DNA from: the human T2T-CHM13v2.0 reference genome, Homo sapiens
Reading direction: 5' to 3' (one strand)
Length of the DNA: 64,000 nucleotides
Assembly (NCBI RefSeq): GCF_009914755.1
Contig: NC_060925.1
In this document: positions 27,665 to 41,002 of the stretch, one piece after another
How positions within the stretch are numbered: the first letter of the stretch is position 1
Layout: every line of letters begins with the position of its first letter
The notes under the pieces: model-generated
What the model saw: the letters and a program-made list of their open reading frames with translations, nothing else
Database searches by the model: none
What the model was told of the DNA's origin: nothing
Translations under genes and position numbers: made by a program

Positions 27665-28234
27665 TTACTGGAAAGGGGTCCTGATCCAGACCCCAAAAGA
27701 GGGTTCATGGATCCTGCACAAGGAAGAATTCAGTGCAGGTCCCCAGTGCAAAGCAAAAACAAGTTTATTAAGAAGGCAAAGTGTGAAAGAACAGCTACTC
27801 CACAGACAGAGTAGGGCGTTCCCGAAAGTAAGAGGAGGACGTGTCCACCCTAGGTACAATACTTGTTTATATATAGAATAAAAAAGAGCATGGGGAGATG
27901 TGCTCTGCTACTAGGGTTTGTGATAAAGGATTAATTTTCTTAATTAGTATATTTTTCAAGAATCAATATTATTATCTTTAAAGAAAAATTAAGAATGCCT
28001 TTGTTCTTAGGATGTCGGGATATCTGGACACTCCCAAGTCTGGATCTGTTTAGTAAACATTGTCAATCTGTTTCCTTAGCCGTAAACATCTAAAGGCTCA
28101 AAATACCAAACTTTCTAGAAATATCAAACTATCTAGGAATACCAAACTTTCTGGGAATGCAGCCCAGCAAGTCCCCGGCTCATTTTCCAGCCCTCACTCA
28201 AGGTGGAGTCGCTCTGGTTCAAAAGCCTCTGACA
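27665..28234 (-). mobile_element. MER41-family solo LTR (ERV1)
   Basis: TTACTGGAAAGGGGTCCTGATCCAGACCCC ... GCTCTGGTTCAAAAGCCTCTGACA are reverse complements of the MER41 termini; 4-bp TSD AAAC. Confidence 0.85.
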
Positions 28235-28571
28235 AAACGAGTGGACAATAATTATGTTACCAAGATTGTAGCCTCCCAGTGCAAATCTCAGTTTCTCTTT
28301 TTTCTGTCCTTCAATCCAGACTGGCTTTCAGACACAAAAAGAAAAATACTACATGATCTCCCTTATATATTGGGCCTAAAAATAAATGGAATACATAGAA
28401 ACAGAGTAGAATGCTGGTTGCTCAAAGTTAACTTGTCTAAGAAACTGACTCAGTGCAGGATGCAGCGTCTTCATCTCCCTGTCTCATGACGTCACCACTC
28501 ACTCTCCACCAATCAGCAATACCCACACTTTAGCTCATCACGCATCCGGACTCCTTAAAAACGCCTTCCCC

Positions 28572-28892
<321 letters not shown>

Positions 28893-29839
28893 GCCTTCCC
28901 CAAGTGTCTCCAGAAGGCTGATTTGAAGCTCCCTTTCTCTTCCTCCTTCAGCTGACCTATGATTATTAAACTTTCTCTGCTGCAACTCCCACTGTTTTGG
29001 TGTTTTGGTCTGCTACCACTCCATGGGCAATTGAACCCTGTGGGCCTGTAACAATCCTCCTGCCTCAGTCTCCCCATAGGTGGAATTACAGGCCTGTGCC
29101 ACTGTCTCTTGCTCTTTTACAACAGATTTGACATAAATGGTTATCATCTGAATCTTGTATCTTTGGGACATAGAATGGGGTTTCTTAATAAGTAAATATG
29201 ACTATGAAATTAAAGAACTATGTGATTTAATGAATAATTCAATTGCACTGAACACAGACATTTAAAAATGTAAAATAAACAGCCCAGTTTTATTTACGTT
29301 CCTCATTCTAATCTCTTCTTTCAGAATAAACCAAGTTTTGACCTACTCTATGCTTGGTTTTGTGCTTTCTACTGTAGATATGTGAAATAGTCAATTACTG
29401 CTTCCAGAACACCCTCAGGGAGAAGTAGCGTATTTCAAGAGTAAGTTGCTGACTCATATCCACCATATTTGCATACTTGACCCTCGTGGGTAGTTTTGAG
29501 GTAAACCTAAAAGTCTTTCTTTTTTACAGAAATTCCCTTGAAGTCTGTCTTACCGCATCAAATAAGGATTCTTATCTCCTCTTTCAGCGCAAATAGGTTT
29601 TGTCTTCTGTCTTTTGAAGATGTGAAAACAGTTACCTGGTTGCACTAGACATGGCACCTACTATTACGTTAAAAATCACGGTTGTAAACTTAAGAAAGGA
29701 ATTCTTCAGCTTTTCAAATGCGGGAATATTGAAACATCTGCACACTTTGACTTTCAGGAAATTGTCCTTGCCAAGACTGTACACTAACTATGCTGACTGG
29801 ATAATTATAAAACATATACATGCATCAGTAAATTAAATT

Positions 29840-29938
29840 GGCTGGTCGGAGTGTAGTGGTGTTTACAACTAATTGATCACAACTAGTTACAGGTTTCTTG
29901 GTTCCTTCTCCACTGCCACTGCTTCACCTGACTAGCCT
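29840..29938 (+). pseudogene. Y3 RNA (RNY3) retropseudogene, duplicated copy
   Basis: Same hY3 match; shares derived substitutions (GTGTAGTGG, AGGTTTCTTGG) with 13171-13269. Confidence 0.9.
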
Positions 29939-30659
29939 ATACATATCAAAATATGTATCACAATAAATATGTCAAAATATATATCAATATATGTCAAAGT
30001 ACAATTTATCAATCAATACATGTTTAAAAAATTCAAATATTTTTAAAACTCAAAAAAATTAAAATGAACCAATATCACTTTTCTCAGATAGATGGTATAA
30101 TTAATTCATTTGCTATAAACAGTAAGAAATTCGAGAACATTTAAAGTACTCTACTGAGTAAAAATTCAATTCAATTAATAAATATTTTCTAAATATTAAT
30201 AAAACAAGAGTAGTAACATCATTAGGTCATCTAATTTAATAGGAGAAAATAGCTTTTCAATTTAATGAGCATTTCCAAATGAAAGGAAACAATTTGAACA
30301 TGTTTAATACCCAAAATATGTTAATAGATAACTCCCATGTATGCGATATTTTAATAATTTCTACTTATGTGTTTCTATAAAATTAACCTCATTCTATTTT
30401 AGTGGTTTAAATCTTACTGCCAATATAAACCAAACGGAGAAAGAAATTAATGAATGCAGACGCATTGTTACTGTGGATGCCTGAATAACAACATTCAGGC
30501 TATGGAGTTTCATGAAGTTTAGAAACACAATAACATTGACATAATGTGAATAAATATATTTGTTTCTTTCTCCACTGAGTTTACCCTTGACATGCCTTGA
30601 AACATCTAAATACATGATCAGAACTCATATCTGAACCTTGGACTAAGGCCACCCTCTGT

Positions 30660-30938
30660 ATTAGTGACTCAGCCTAGAATGTCCAAAGTCTCACTGGACA
30701 ATCCCCAGTGAATATCAGCAAAACAACTGTTAATCTCATTCTCCAGGTAAAGAAGGACTGGATTCATGATTGCTACCGAATCCCCATGGAGGTCTCTGAA
30801 ATCTCACATGCAGGGATGAAAAACCAATATACACATTTCTTTAAAAACCATGTATTTGTTTCTATGATGACTGTAGGACTGCCGTAAGCTAAGCAAAGGC
30901 AGTGAGTGTTTGGAAATGAGGAAATAATAAAGGTACTA
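30660..30938 (+). promoter_or_regulatory. Candidate promoter / first non-coding exon for OR2L3
   Basis: Paralog of 13990-14292; TGACTCA 30665-30671, O/E-like TCCCCAGTGA 30702-30711 and TCCCCATGGA 30781-30790, donor-like AAG|GTACTA at 30932/30933. Confidence 0.4.
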
Positions 30939-33900
30939 ATTATAATTGTATTTTTAAATTTTTATTGATTACAGGGAAGAAGGAACTCTGGCAAGTGCTT
31001 AAGAGACCTTTTTTCAGAAATAGAATTGAGGTGAATTTCAGCACTAATAACTGTACTTTCTATAACACCATTCAGCAGGAATCTTGGAGTATGAAATGCA
31101 CACAACCAAAAATGGTTTTGAACCTAATTCATAAATGTGTTTTCTGGACGGGAAGGTAAATGATGGTCAATTGAAGAGACAGGGATACATTATATTAGAC
31201 TATGCTTTTATGAGCTCAAGTGAAATTAAAGAACCCACATTCATAATAATGATTGTAGGGGGCAGCATTTCCTCATTCCTACTTGGCTGGTGTTTTGTGC
31301 TATTTTGGTTTGATTTCTTTTGCCATGAATGATGAGTGATTATATGATGCTCATTATAATCTTATTGCTACTTCTCACTTTGTATTTTACCTTATATGAA
31401 TCCAGTGTTTCTAATGAAATGCCTGGAAAGTATTAGTGTTGTTTTTGCATAAAAATGTTAAAGGGGCATTAAAGTAAAGGTACAACGAGAATGGTTAAAA
31501 TCACCAGTCTTCAGTGCAATGATATATTTTCTTAAAAGAAGGATGTTCTTCTGGAAATCAATAATGAAGGTAACCGTATGATTAGTAGCTGTGCTATAGG
31601 TATCCAGATTTTGTTTTTACACGCAACTTGATCCAAATTGTAGTGTTTTGTGCTTTTAACTTTTACAATGTATTTATTTTTTCTTTCGGGACACAAGGTA
31701 AACTTCCAGTGAAATTATAGAAATAGCTGCCTTAACAACCACACAGAGTTTTGTGAGAAGCAAATGAGCATAGTATGTGGAAACAATGTGAAGGCTATAT
31801 TACTCTACAGTCATAGCGGATAAGAAGTGTGTGAGTGTAAGTGATAGTGATTATGTTGATGATGCTGGCAATGATAATGATGAAGATGCTGAAACTTGCA
31901 GGTTCTCTTCAGTGATACACCCAGTCAAGTAATACACAGTCACTATGTCACAGCTTCTAATAACCCATGGATTCTTCTCCCTGTTGTAATTATAAGATAC
32001 AGGGTCAGACATTCAGCAACAAAAGCTTACATTTTTAGTAATTGTAAGAGGTAGAATTCGATTTATTTTAAATGGAGTCTCTGTCCCGTGAACTTACAGC
32101 GTGAAGCAGAGTAAGCACGTCCTCATTCCAAAATAACAGTCAAAGGATATACTTTCATAATCAGTTTCTGTCTAGCCATGGAAATGTCTGTCTGCCCACT
32201 TACCTGTGTATCTATCTGTGAGAGCTGATGCACCATCGTGGACCTCAATGGCAGGATGTGACTTGGAAGCACACATACACACATATAAAGCAAATATTCA
32301 CTTTATATTCTTTACTCCTTTACACCTTAAAGAGTTGTGGTTCTCCAACTTCATACCCTTCTCAACAATTACAAATACACATTGTGTAAATATTAAATAA
32401 GATCAGTTATTCCTAAGTCAGTCAAATACAACATTATGTACTGTGTCTCTTCTTAGGAGAATCTATTGTGGAGGAACTTGAAGGAAGGAGGAATCTCCTG
32501 TAGGATTCCATGCCAGGATGCTGTGGAGAGCTGTCCTTGTCTATACTCCAGAAGACACTCTTTTGTGTCATCTGATTGACATTCTAGACAAGTGTTGTCA
32601 ATGTGAAATAATTCTTACTGTAGACATGCAGATTCAGGTACAGACAGCTTGTTTTAAGGAATTAAGGTTGACTCATGGAGTCAATGAGTTCTCAGCTTTT
32701 GCAGTGAAACTGACACTGTCACCTGTTCCACCATTTCCCAGCCCTATGTGCAAGTAACGGAGATCAGTTTCTGGAAGTTTCAGAGATTCAGAACTTTTGT
32801 ATATTTTAGATATCGCTTCAGAAGACAGGAAGTAAACCAGATTCTGGAAAACTCCATAAAGAATGTCTTGGATTTGGGAGACTTTTAAAACTTCAGTCTG
32901 ATTTTTTATAAAACTTCCAGCAAAGCCAACTTGTGCCCCTGCCTCCCCAGCTTTTTCTTTCCTTTTCTCTCTCTCTTTTTTTTTTTTTTGGTAAATCCAC
33001 ACGTTTTCTGCACCTATGCAAATGATCATACCAACTTTAAGGAGACCAGCCTTATATTGTGATGAATAATAATTTTTTCTTTGAGAATAGCTTTGATCAA
33101 AGGTGAGGAAAATATAGGGAGTAAAATCTGTGCCTCCGTGGAAAACTGCAGTATCTGGACTCAAGACGACCATCCTCCTTGGTTCCCAACTCTGTCACTA
33201 GGTCACTGCACAGTCGTGAATAACTCTCTTCAAATCTTGTGATTCAGTTTTTCTTCCTTGTGATAATGAGACTATGTTTGAAAAATCTTTGTCTTCTCTG
33301 AGTATATGAATCACTAAATTAGGCTACTTTCTTCATCTCACTTTCAACTCTAAATTGAAGGATAGGAAAGAGATCCATGCAATGCAATGATGCTTTTTGA
33401 CTTCAAAAGTTAGTAATAGGTTCTTCATTTGAAACTTGGGCAGCATTTGGAGAGTCGTAAATATTACGTTGAATATGTACATCCTCAACTTGATTTACAG
33501 AGGAGATTATATGGGTGTTTTTTTATAACTGAATTCTTCCAGTAGGGAATCTTTTACATTGGGAGCAAGATAGAAAATATCTTTCATTTAGAGTTTCTGA
33601 GAAACCATTTTTCTGTGAAGCTACATAATAGTTGCCAGGTGAAGTGAAAGTACAGTAAAACTGGGTGATACGAGGAAACGGAAAAAGATTTGTAATGAGT
33701 AAATTTTAATCATTAAAAAATCCTACTTGTTTTACATTTCTTATACTTTCTCAATTATTTAACACTTATGTGGAGTTTTTGTTTTAATAATTTTTTTCTA
33801 TTATTTTTGTTTTGACTGATTAAAAACTGAACCAGCCTTATTTCAGATTTACTGCCAAAAAATTTTGAGGGATGAACTACACCACACATTTTTAAAAGGT

Positions 33901-35526
33901 TTATATTAATGTACGTTTATTTATCTAGATGTCACATTTATTCACAGATATGTATGTATATATGTATATATGCATATATGTATGTGTGTTTGTGGATCTA
34001 GAGGAGTTTACTGAAAATCTCTGAATCTCAGTTTTGTCATCTATAAAATATCAGTGGCGATACCTATCTGAAGAGTTATTTTGATGAACTCCAATAGAAT
34101 CACGGAACGAATCCTGTGACGTTCCAGGTGCCAATGTGTGGAGAGAGTCTGTGAAAGTTCACGCCTCCCTCCTGCCTTTCACATGAGACGTAGTTCAGGT
34201 TTCAGGTTTGTGGGTCCTACTCACTCTGAAATAGTGACCAGGACTTTTTCTGCTCGTTCTTTCCTCCTGTGTATTCTGTCATTAATGCTTATGCCTGCAT
34301 ACTGAATTTTTAGTGAAAAAAAAAAAGTAAAAGCAAGTGAAGATGTTTCTTAATAGGCTAAAATACCTTCCTTATAGCTAATTCTGTTAATACAAAAGTA
34401 AAAGGGCCAGAAATAATCCATTTGGATTTATTTTTACATAAGAAAAAATATCTTCTTCACATTATTGAAACAGGAACATCATGGCTGAGGCTGCTTTCCT
34501 GTCAGGAACCAGCCTTTAATTTTATTTAAATAATATTATATAATAGGACATTAGAATATTAGAACACTGGAACATGGATAATAAAAAGATGATACATTGG
34601 CAGTCATAAAACATGGCATTAACTATCAGATGTGATGTGCCATTTATTATGCTGTTCTATGTTATTTTTTTCTTTAAAATTAGGATAATGTTAACTATTT
34701 CTTGGACAGTTTGTCATAGAGAGTCCTATGTAAAACACAAATGATACAAATGTTTGAACTGTTAATTGTGTTAACAATTTCAAATATTACATATTCTACT
34801 TACCAATAATTATACTAGTAATATAAATTACGGAGTATTGGATTAATCTTAATGCCAATCTCATCTTGATTCCAAATGACATTTATGAAAATTTGCTCTT
34901 CTAAATTTTTTTTCAAAAATTAGCAATGTCATAAAATTACTGAAAATAAATTGCTCTGCCATGGCTTAGAAACCTGCCAAGATGTTTAAAAAATGTATTT
35001 GGAAATCCAAATTGGAATAGTTTCAGTACATTTAAGGGATCTTTTATTAGTGCAAATATACTTAAGAGGAACACCATTTTAACCATTTTAAGTGTAGAAT
35101 TCTGTGTCATTAAGTACATATATTGTTGTGCAACCATCACTACCATGCACCTGTCTCCAAAACAATTTCATTGTCTCCAACTAACACTTTGTTTTTGTTA
35201 AACAATTACTCTCCTTCTTTCCCTTCCCCTATCCTCCAGGGTCCACCATTCCACTTTCCATCTCTGTGAATTTCACTACTGTGGGTACTTCATGTAAGTG
35301 AATTCTTACAATATTTGTCTTTTTGTGACAGACTTATTTCACTTAGCATAATGTATTCAAGCTTCATCCATGTTGTAGCATGTGTCAAAATTTCTTCGCT
35401 TTTAAAAATTGTATATACATACTATATTTATATTGATTTCTTTGTTGATGACCACTTGCTTTGTTTCTGCCTTTGGGCTATTGTGAATAGTATTGCTATG
35501 AACATGGGAATAGAAATATTTGTTTG

Positions 35527-35795
35527 ATGCAAAAACAGAATAACAAATACTGCATGTTCTCAGGTATAATTGGGAGCTAAGCATTGGGTACACATGGACA
35601 TAAAGATGGGAACAGTAGACACTGGGGACTCCAAAAGAGGAGAGTGAGGGAGGAGGCAAGGGTTGGAAAGCTACCTATTTGTGCTATGTTCATTATTTTA
35701 GTGAAGGGTTCAACAGAAGCCCAAACCTCAGCATCATGCAACATATCCATGTAACAAACCACGATTGTACTCCCTGAATAAAAAAAAATCCAAAA
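35527..35795 (+). mobile_element. L1PB/L1MA 3' end nested in the older L1M
   Basis: CAAATACTGCATGTTCTCA...GGACATAAAGATGGGAACAGTAGACACTGGGG...; diverged TSD-like flanks. Confidence 0.7.
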
Positions 35796-36498
35796 ATGTC
35801 TGTTCAAGTGTCTGCTTTTATTTTATTTATTTATTTATTATTTTATTTATTTCATTCAGAACTAAAATTGTTGGATCATATACTTATTCTATGTTTAAGT
35901 TTTGGAGGAATTACAATGCAGATGGTTCCAGGTTTACAATAATTTGATGATTTTTGACTTTATGATGAGTTTATAGGAACATAACCACATTGTAAATTGA
36001 GGAATACCTGGACATATGATGCTTTGACTTGCAATTTTTGACATTATGATGACTTTATGCAGATATTAAATGCATTTTTACTTACAATTTTTTCAACTTG
36101 CAGTGGGTTTGTAAAGGTGAAACTCCACTGCAAGTTGAGAAGCAGCTGTATCATTTTCCACAGTGCCTTTATTATTCGACATTTTCACCAACAATTCTTT
36201 ATAGTTTTATCTCTTGCATTTAGGATTTTTATTCATTTTGACTTAATTTTTCAATATGGTATAAACATCCAACTTCAATATCTTGAATGTAAATATCCAC
36301 TTTTCCAAACACCATTTATTTAAAAGATTGTTCCATCTCCACTGAGTGGACTTAGTTCCTTTTTGAAAAAAGGTTACCATGTATATGAGAGGCTATTTCT
36401 TGACTCTGTTTTATACTGTTGAGCTATATGTCTGGTGCCATTGCCACATTGTTTTGATTACTATAGCTTCGAGTAAGTTTTAAAATCAGAAAGTATAT

Positions 36499-36797
<299 letters not shown>

Positions 36798-39467
36798 TCA
36801 GATTGTATGAGTCTTTAAATTTTGTTCTTTTTCCAAAAAAGTCAAGATTTTTTGACTACTGAGGATTCTTTAAGATTCATATAAATTTTAGAATGGGCTT
36901 TTCTGTTTCTGAAAAAAAAAATTTATCATTTTAATTTTGATAGAGATTCTACTAATTTTTTTGGCTTTGTACACTTTTTATTTTTATTTTTAATAATTAT
37001 TTTATTGTTTGTTTTTAAGTTCCAGGGTATATGTGCAGGAAGAGCAGTTTTGTTTCATGGGTAAACGTGTGCCATGGTGATTTGCTGCACGTATCAATCC
37101 ATCACCTAGGTATTAAGCCCAGCATGCACTAGCTCTTTTCCCTAATGCTCTCCCCTCCACCGCCCTCCCACAACAGGCCCCAGTAAGTGTTGTTCTCTTC
37201 CTGTGTCAATGTGTTTTCATTGTTCAGCTCCCACTTATAAGCGAGAATATGCAGTATTTAGTTTTCTGTTCCTGCATTAGTTTGCTGAGGATAATGGCTT
37301 CCAGCTTCATCCATGTCCTTGCAAAGGACATGATCTTATTATTTTTTATGGCTGTATAGTATTCCATTGTGTATATGTACCACAGTTTCTTTATTCAGTC
37401 TATCATTAATGGACATTTGGGTTGATTCCATGTTTTTGCTATTGTGGATAGTGCTGCAATGAACATACACATGCCAGTACCTTTATAATAGAATAATTTA
37501 TATTCCTTTGGGTATACACCCAGTAACGGGAATGCCGGATCAAATGGTATTTCCAGTTCTAAGTCTTGGAGGAATTGCCACACTGTCTTCCACGATGGGT
37601 GAACTAATTTACATTCCCACCAACAGTGTGAAAGCATTCCTATTCCTATTTCACAGCCTCACTAGCATCTGTTGTTTCTTGACTTTTTAATAATTGCCAT
37701 TCTGATCGGCAGCAGATGGTATCTAATTATGGTTTTGATTTGCATTTCTCCAATGATCAGTGATGTTGTGCTTTTTAAAATATGTTTGTTGGCCATACCT
37801 ATGTCTTTTTTTTGAGAAATGTCTTTTCATGTCCTTTGCGCAATTTTAATGGGGTTGTTTGTTCTTTTCTTGTAAATTTGCTTAAGTTCTTTGTAGATTC
37901 TGGAATTAGATCTTTGTCAGATGGATAGATTGCAATAATTTTCTCCCATTCTGTAGGTTATCTGTTCATTCTGGTGATAGTTTTGGTTGCTGTGTAGAAG
38001 CTCTTTAGTTTAGTTAGATCCCATTTGTCAATTTTTGCTATTGTTGCAATTGCTTTTGGAGTCTTTGTCATAAAATCCTTTCCCATGCCTACTTCCTGAA
38101 TGATATTGCCTAGATTTTCTTCTAGGGCTTTTATAGTTTTGGGTTTTACATTTCAGTCTTTAATCCATCTTGAGTTAATTTTTGTGTAAGGTGTAAGGAA
38201 GGAATCCAGTTTCTATTTTCTGCATATGGCTAGCCAGTTCTCCCAGCACCATTTATTAAATAGGGAATCTTTTCCCCGTTGCTTGTTTTTTTCCAGTTTG
38301 TTGAAGATCAGATGGTTGTAGATGTGCAGTTTTATTTCTGAGTTTTCTATTCTGTTCCATTGGTCTATGTGCTTGTTTTTGTACCAGTACCATAAGTTTA
38401 TGTTACTGTAGCTTTGTAGTATAGTTTGCAGTCGGGTAGCCTGATGCCTCCAGCTTTGTTCTTTGGCTATGCAAGCTCTTTTTTGGTTCCATATGATTTT
38501 AAAATAGTTCTTTTTTTCTAATTCTGTGAAGAATATCAATGGTATTTATTGGAATAGCATTGTATCTATAAATTGCTTTGGGCGGTATGGCCATTTTCAC
38601 AATATTGATTCTTCCTATCCATGAGTATGGAATGTTTTTCCCTCTGCTTGTGTCCTTTGTGATTTCCTTGAACAATGGTTTGTAGTTCTCTTTGAATAGG
38701 TCCTTCACTTCCCTTATTAGCTGTATTCCCAGGTATTTTATTATCTTTGTGGCAATTATGAATGGGAGATCATTCATGATTTGGCTTTCTGCCTGTCTGT
38801 TGCTGGAGTGTAGGATTGCTTGAGATTTCTGCACATTGATTTTGTATCCTGAGAGTTTGATGAATTTGCTTATCAGCTTAAGAAGCCTTTGGGCTGAGTC
38901 AGTCTGGTTTTCTAGATAGAATCATATCATCTGAAACAAAGACAATTTGACTTCCTTTCTTCCTATTTGCATACCCTTTCTTTATTTCCTTTGATTGATT
39001 GCCCTGGTCATACCTTCCAACACTACATTGAATAAGAGTCATGAGAGATGGCATCCTTGTCTTGTGCTAATTTTCAAAGGGAATGCTTCCAGTTTTTGCC
39101 CATTCAGTACAATATTGGCTGTGGGTTTGTCATAAATGGCTCTTATTATTTTGATGTATGTTCCTTAAATACCTAATTTGTTGAGAGTTTTTAACATGAA
39201 GGGAAGTCGAATTTTTTTGAAAGCCTTTTCTGTGTCTATTGAGATAATCATGTAGTTTTTGTCTTTAGTTCTGTTTATGTGATGGATTACATTCATTGAT
39301 TTGTGTATGTACAACCAGCTTGCATCCAGGGGATGAAGCTGACTTGATTGTGATGGAGAAGCTTTTTGATGTGCTGCTGGATTCAATTTGTCAGTATTAT
39401 ATTGAGTATGTTTGCATTGCATTGTTCATCAGGGATATTGGCACAAAGTTTTCTTTTTTTTTTGTTA

Positions 39468-39839
<372 letters not shown>

Positions 39840-40229
39840 ATGATTTAGGGTGGAGTCCCTCCTTTTCAATTGTTTGGAAAAGTTTCAGAAGAAATGATAA
39901 CAGCTCCTCTTTTTACCTCTGGTAGAATTCAGCTGTAATCCATCTGAACCTGGGCTTTTTTTCCTTTGGTAAGCTATTTATTATTGCCTCAATTTCAGAA
40001 CTTGTTATTGGTCTATTTAGGGATTCAAATTCTTCCTGGTTCAGTGTTGGGAAGGTTTATGTGTCCAGGAATTTATCCATTTCTTCTAGATTTTCCTGTT
40101 TATTTGCATAGAGGTGCTTTTAGTATTCTCTGTTGGTTGTTTGTGTTCCTGTGGGGTTGGTGGTGGTATTTCCCTTATTGTTTCTGATTGTGTTCATTGG
40201 AATCTTCTCTCTTTACTTCTTTATTATTC

Positions 40230-40311
40230 TTTTTTTATTATACTTTAAGTTTTAGGGTACATGTGTACAACGTGCAGGTTAGTTACATATGTATACATGT
40301 GCCATGTTGGT
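40230..40311 (-). mobile_element. ~80-bp young L1PA 3' end nested in the older L1
   Basis: TTATTATACTTTAAGTTTTAGGGTACATGTG...GTTAGTTACATATGTATACATGTGCCATG. Confidence 0.8.
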
Positions 40312-40727
40312 CTTGATAGTGGTCTACCTAGTTTATTGATTTTTTTTTCAAAAACCAGCTCCTGGATTCATTGTTTGAAGGGTTTTTTTGGGTCTCCATC
40401 TCCTTCAGTTCCACCCTGATCTTGGTTATTTCTTGTGTTCTGCTAGTTCTGGGGTTTGTTTGCTCTTGGCTCTCTAGTTCTTTTAGTTGTGATGTTAGGG
40501 TGTCGATGTGAGATCTTTCTAGCTTTTTGCTTTGTGCATTTAGTGCAATAAATGTCCCTCTTAACACTGATTTCTCTGCATCCCGGAGATTCTGATGAGT
40601 TGTCTCTTTGCTTTCTTTGGTCTTAAAGAACTTCTTCATTTCTGCCTTAATTTTATTATTTAGACAGGAGTCATTCAGGAGCAGGTTGTTCTATTTCCCT
40701 GTAGTTGTGTGGTTTTGAGGGGGCTTT

Positions 40728-41002
40728 TTTTTTTTTTTTTAGATGGCTGGAGTGCAATGGTGTGATCTCTGCTCACTTCAACTTTTGCCTCCTGGGTTCA
40801 AGCAATTCTCCTGCCTCAGCCTCTTGAGTAGCTGGGACTGCTGGTACACGCCACCATACTCGGCTAAATTTTTTTGGATTTTAGTAGACACAGGGTTTCA
40901 CTGTGTTGCCCAGGCTTGTCAGAAACTCCTGAGCTCAGGCAATCTGCCCGCCTTGGCCTCCCAAAGTGCTGGGATTACAGTCGTGAGCCACTGTGCCTGG
41001 CC
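40728..41002 (-). mobile_element. AluS nested in L1
   Basis: Antisense Alu with a 13-bp TSD TTGAGGGGGCTTT (40715-40727, 41003-41015). Confidence 0.88.

Noticed and set aside
28102-28157. CRISPR-like or other prokaryotic-type repeat array
   Set aside because: Direct tandem units without spacers inside a primate LTR; the whole window is mammalian, with no cas, tRNA or rRNA genes seen.
27501-28489. ORFs of 126 and 110 aa
   Set aside because: Largely within the MER41 LTR and an L1 fragment.
32673-33173. 166-aa minus-strand ORF in non-repeat DNA
   Set aside because: Runs through a T/CT-rich low-complexity tract (poly-Lys/Glu), has no recognisable domain and no supporting gene structure.
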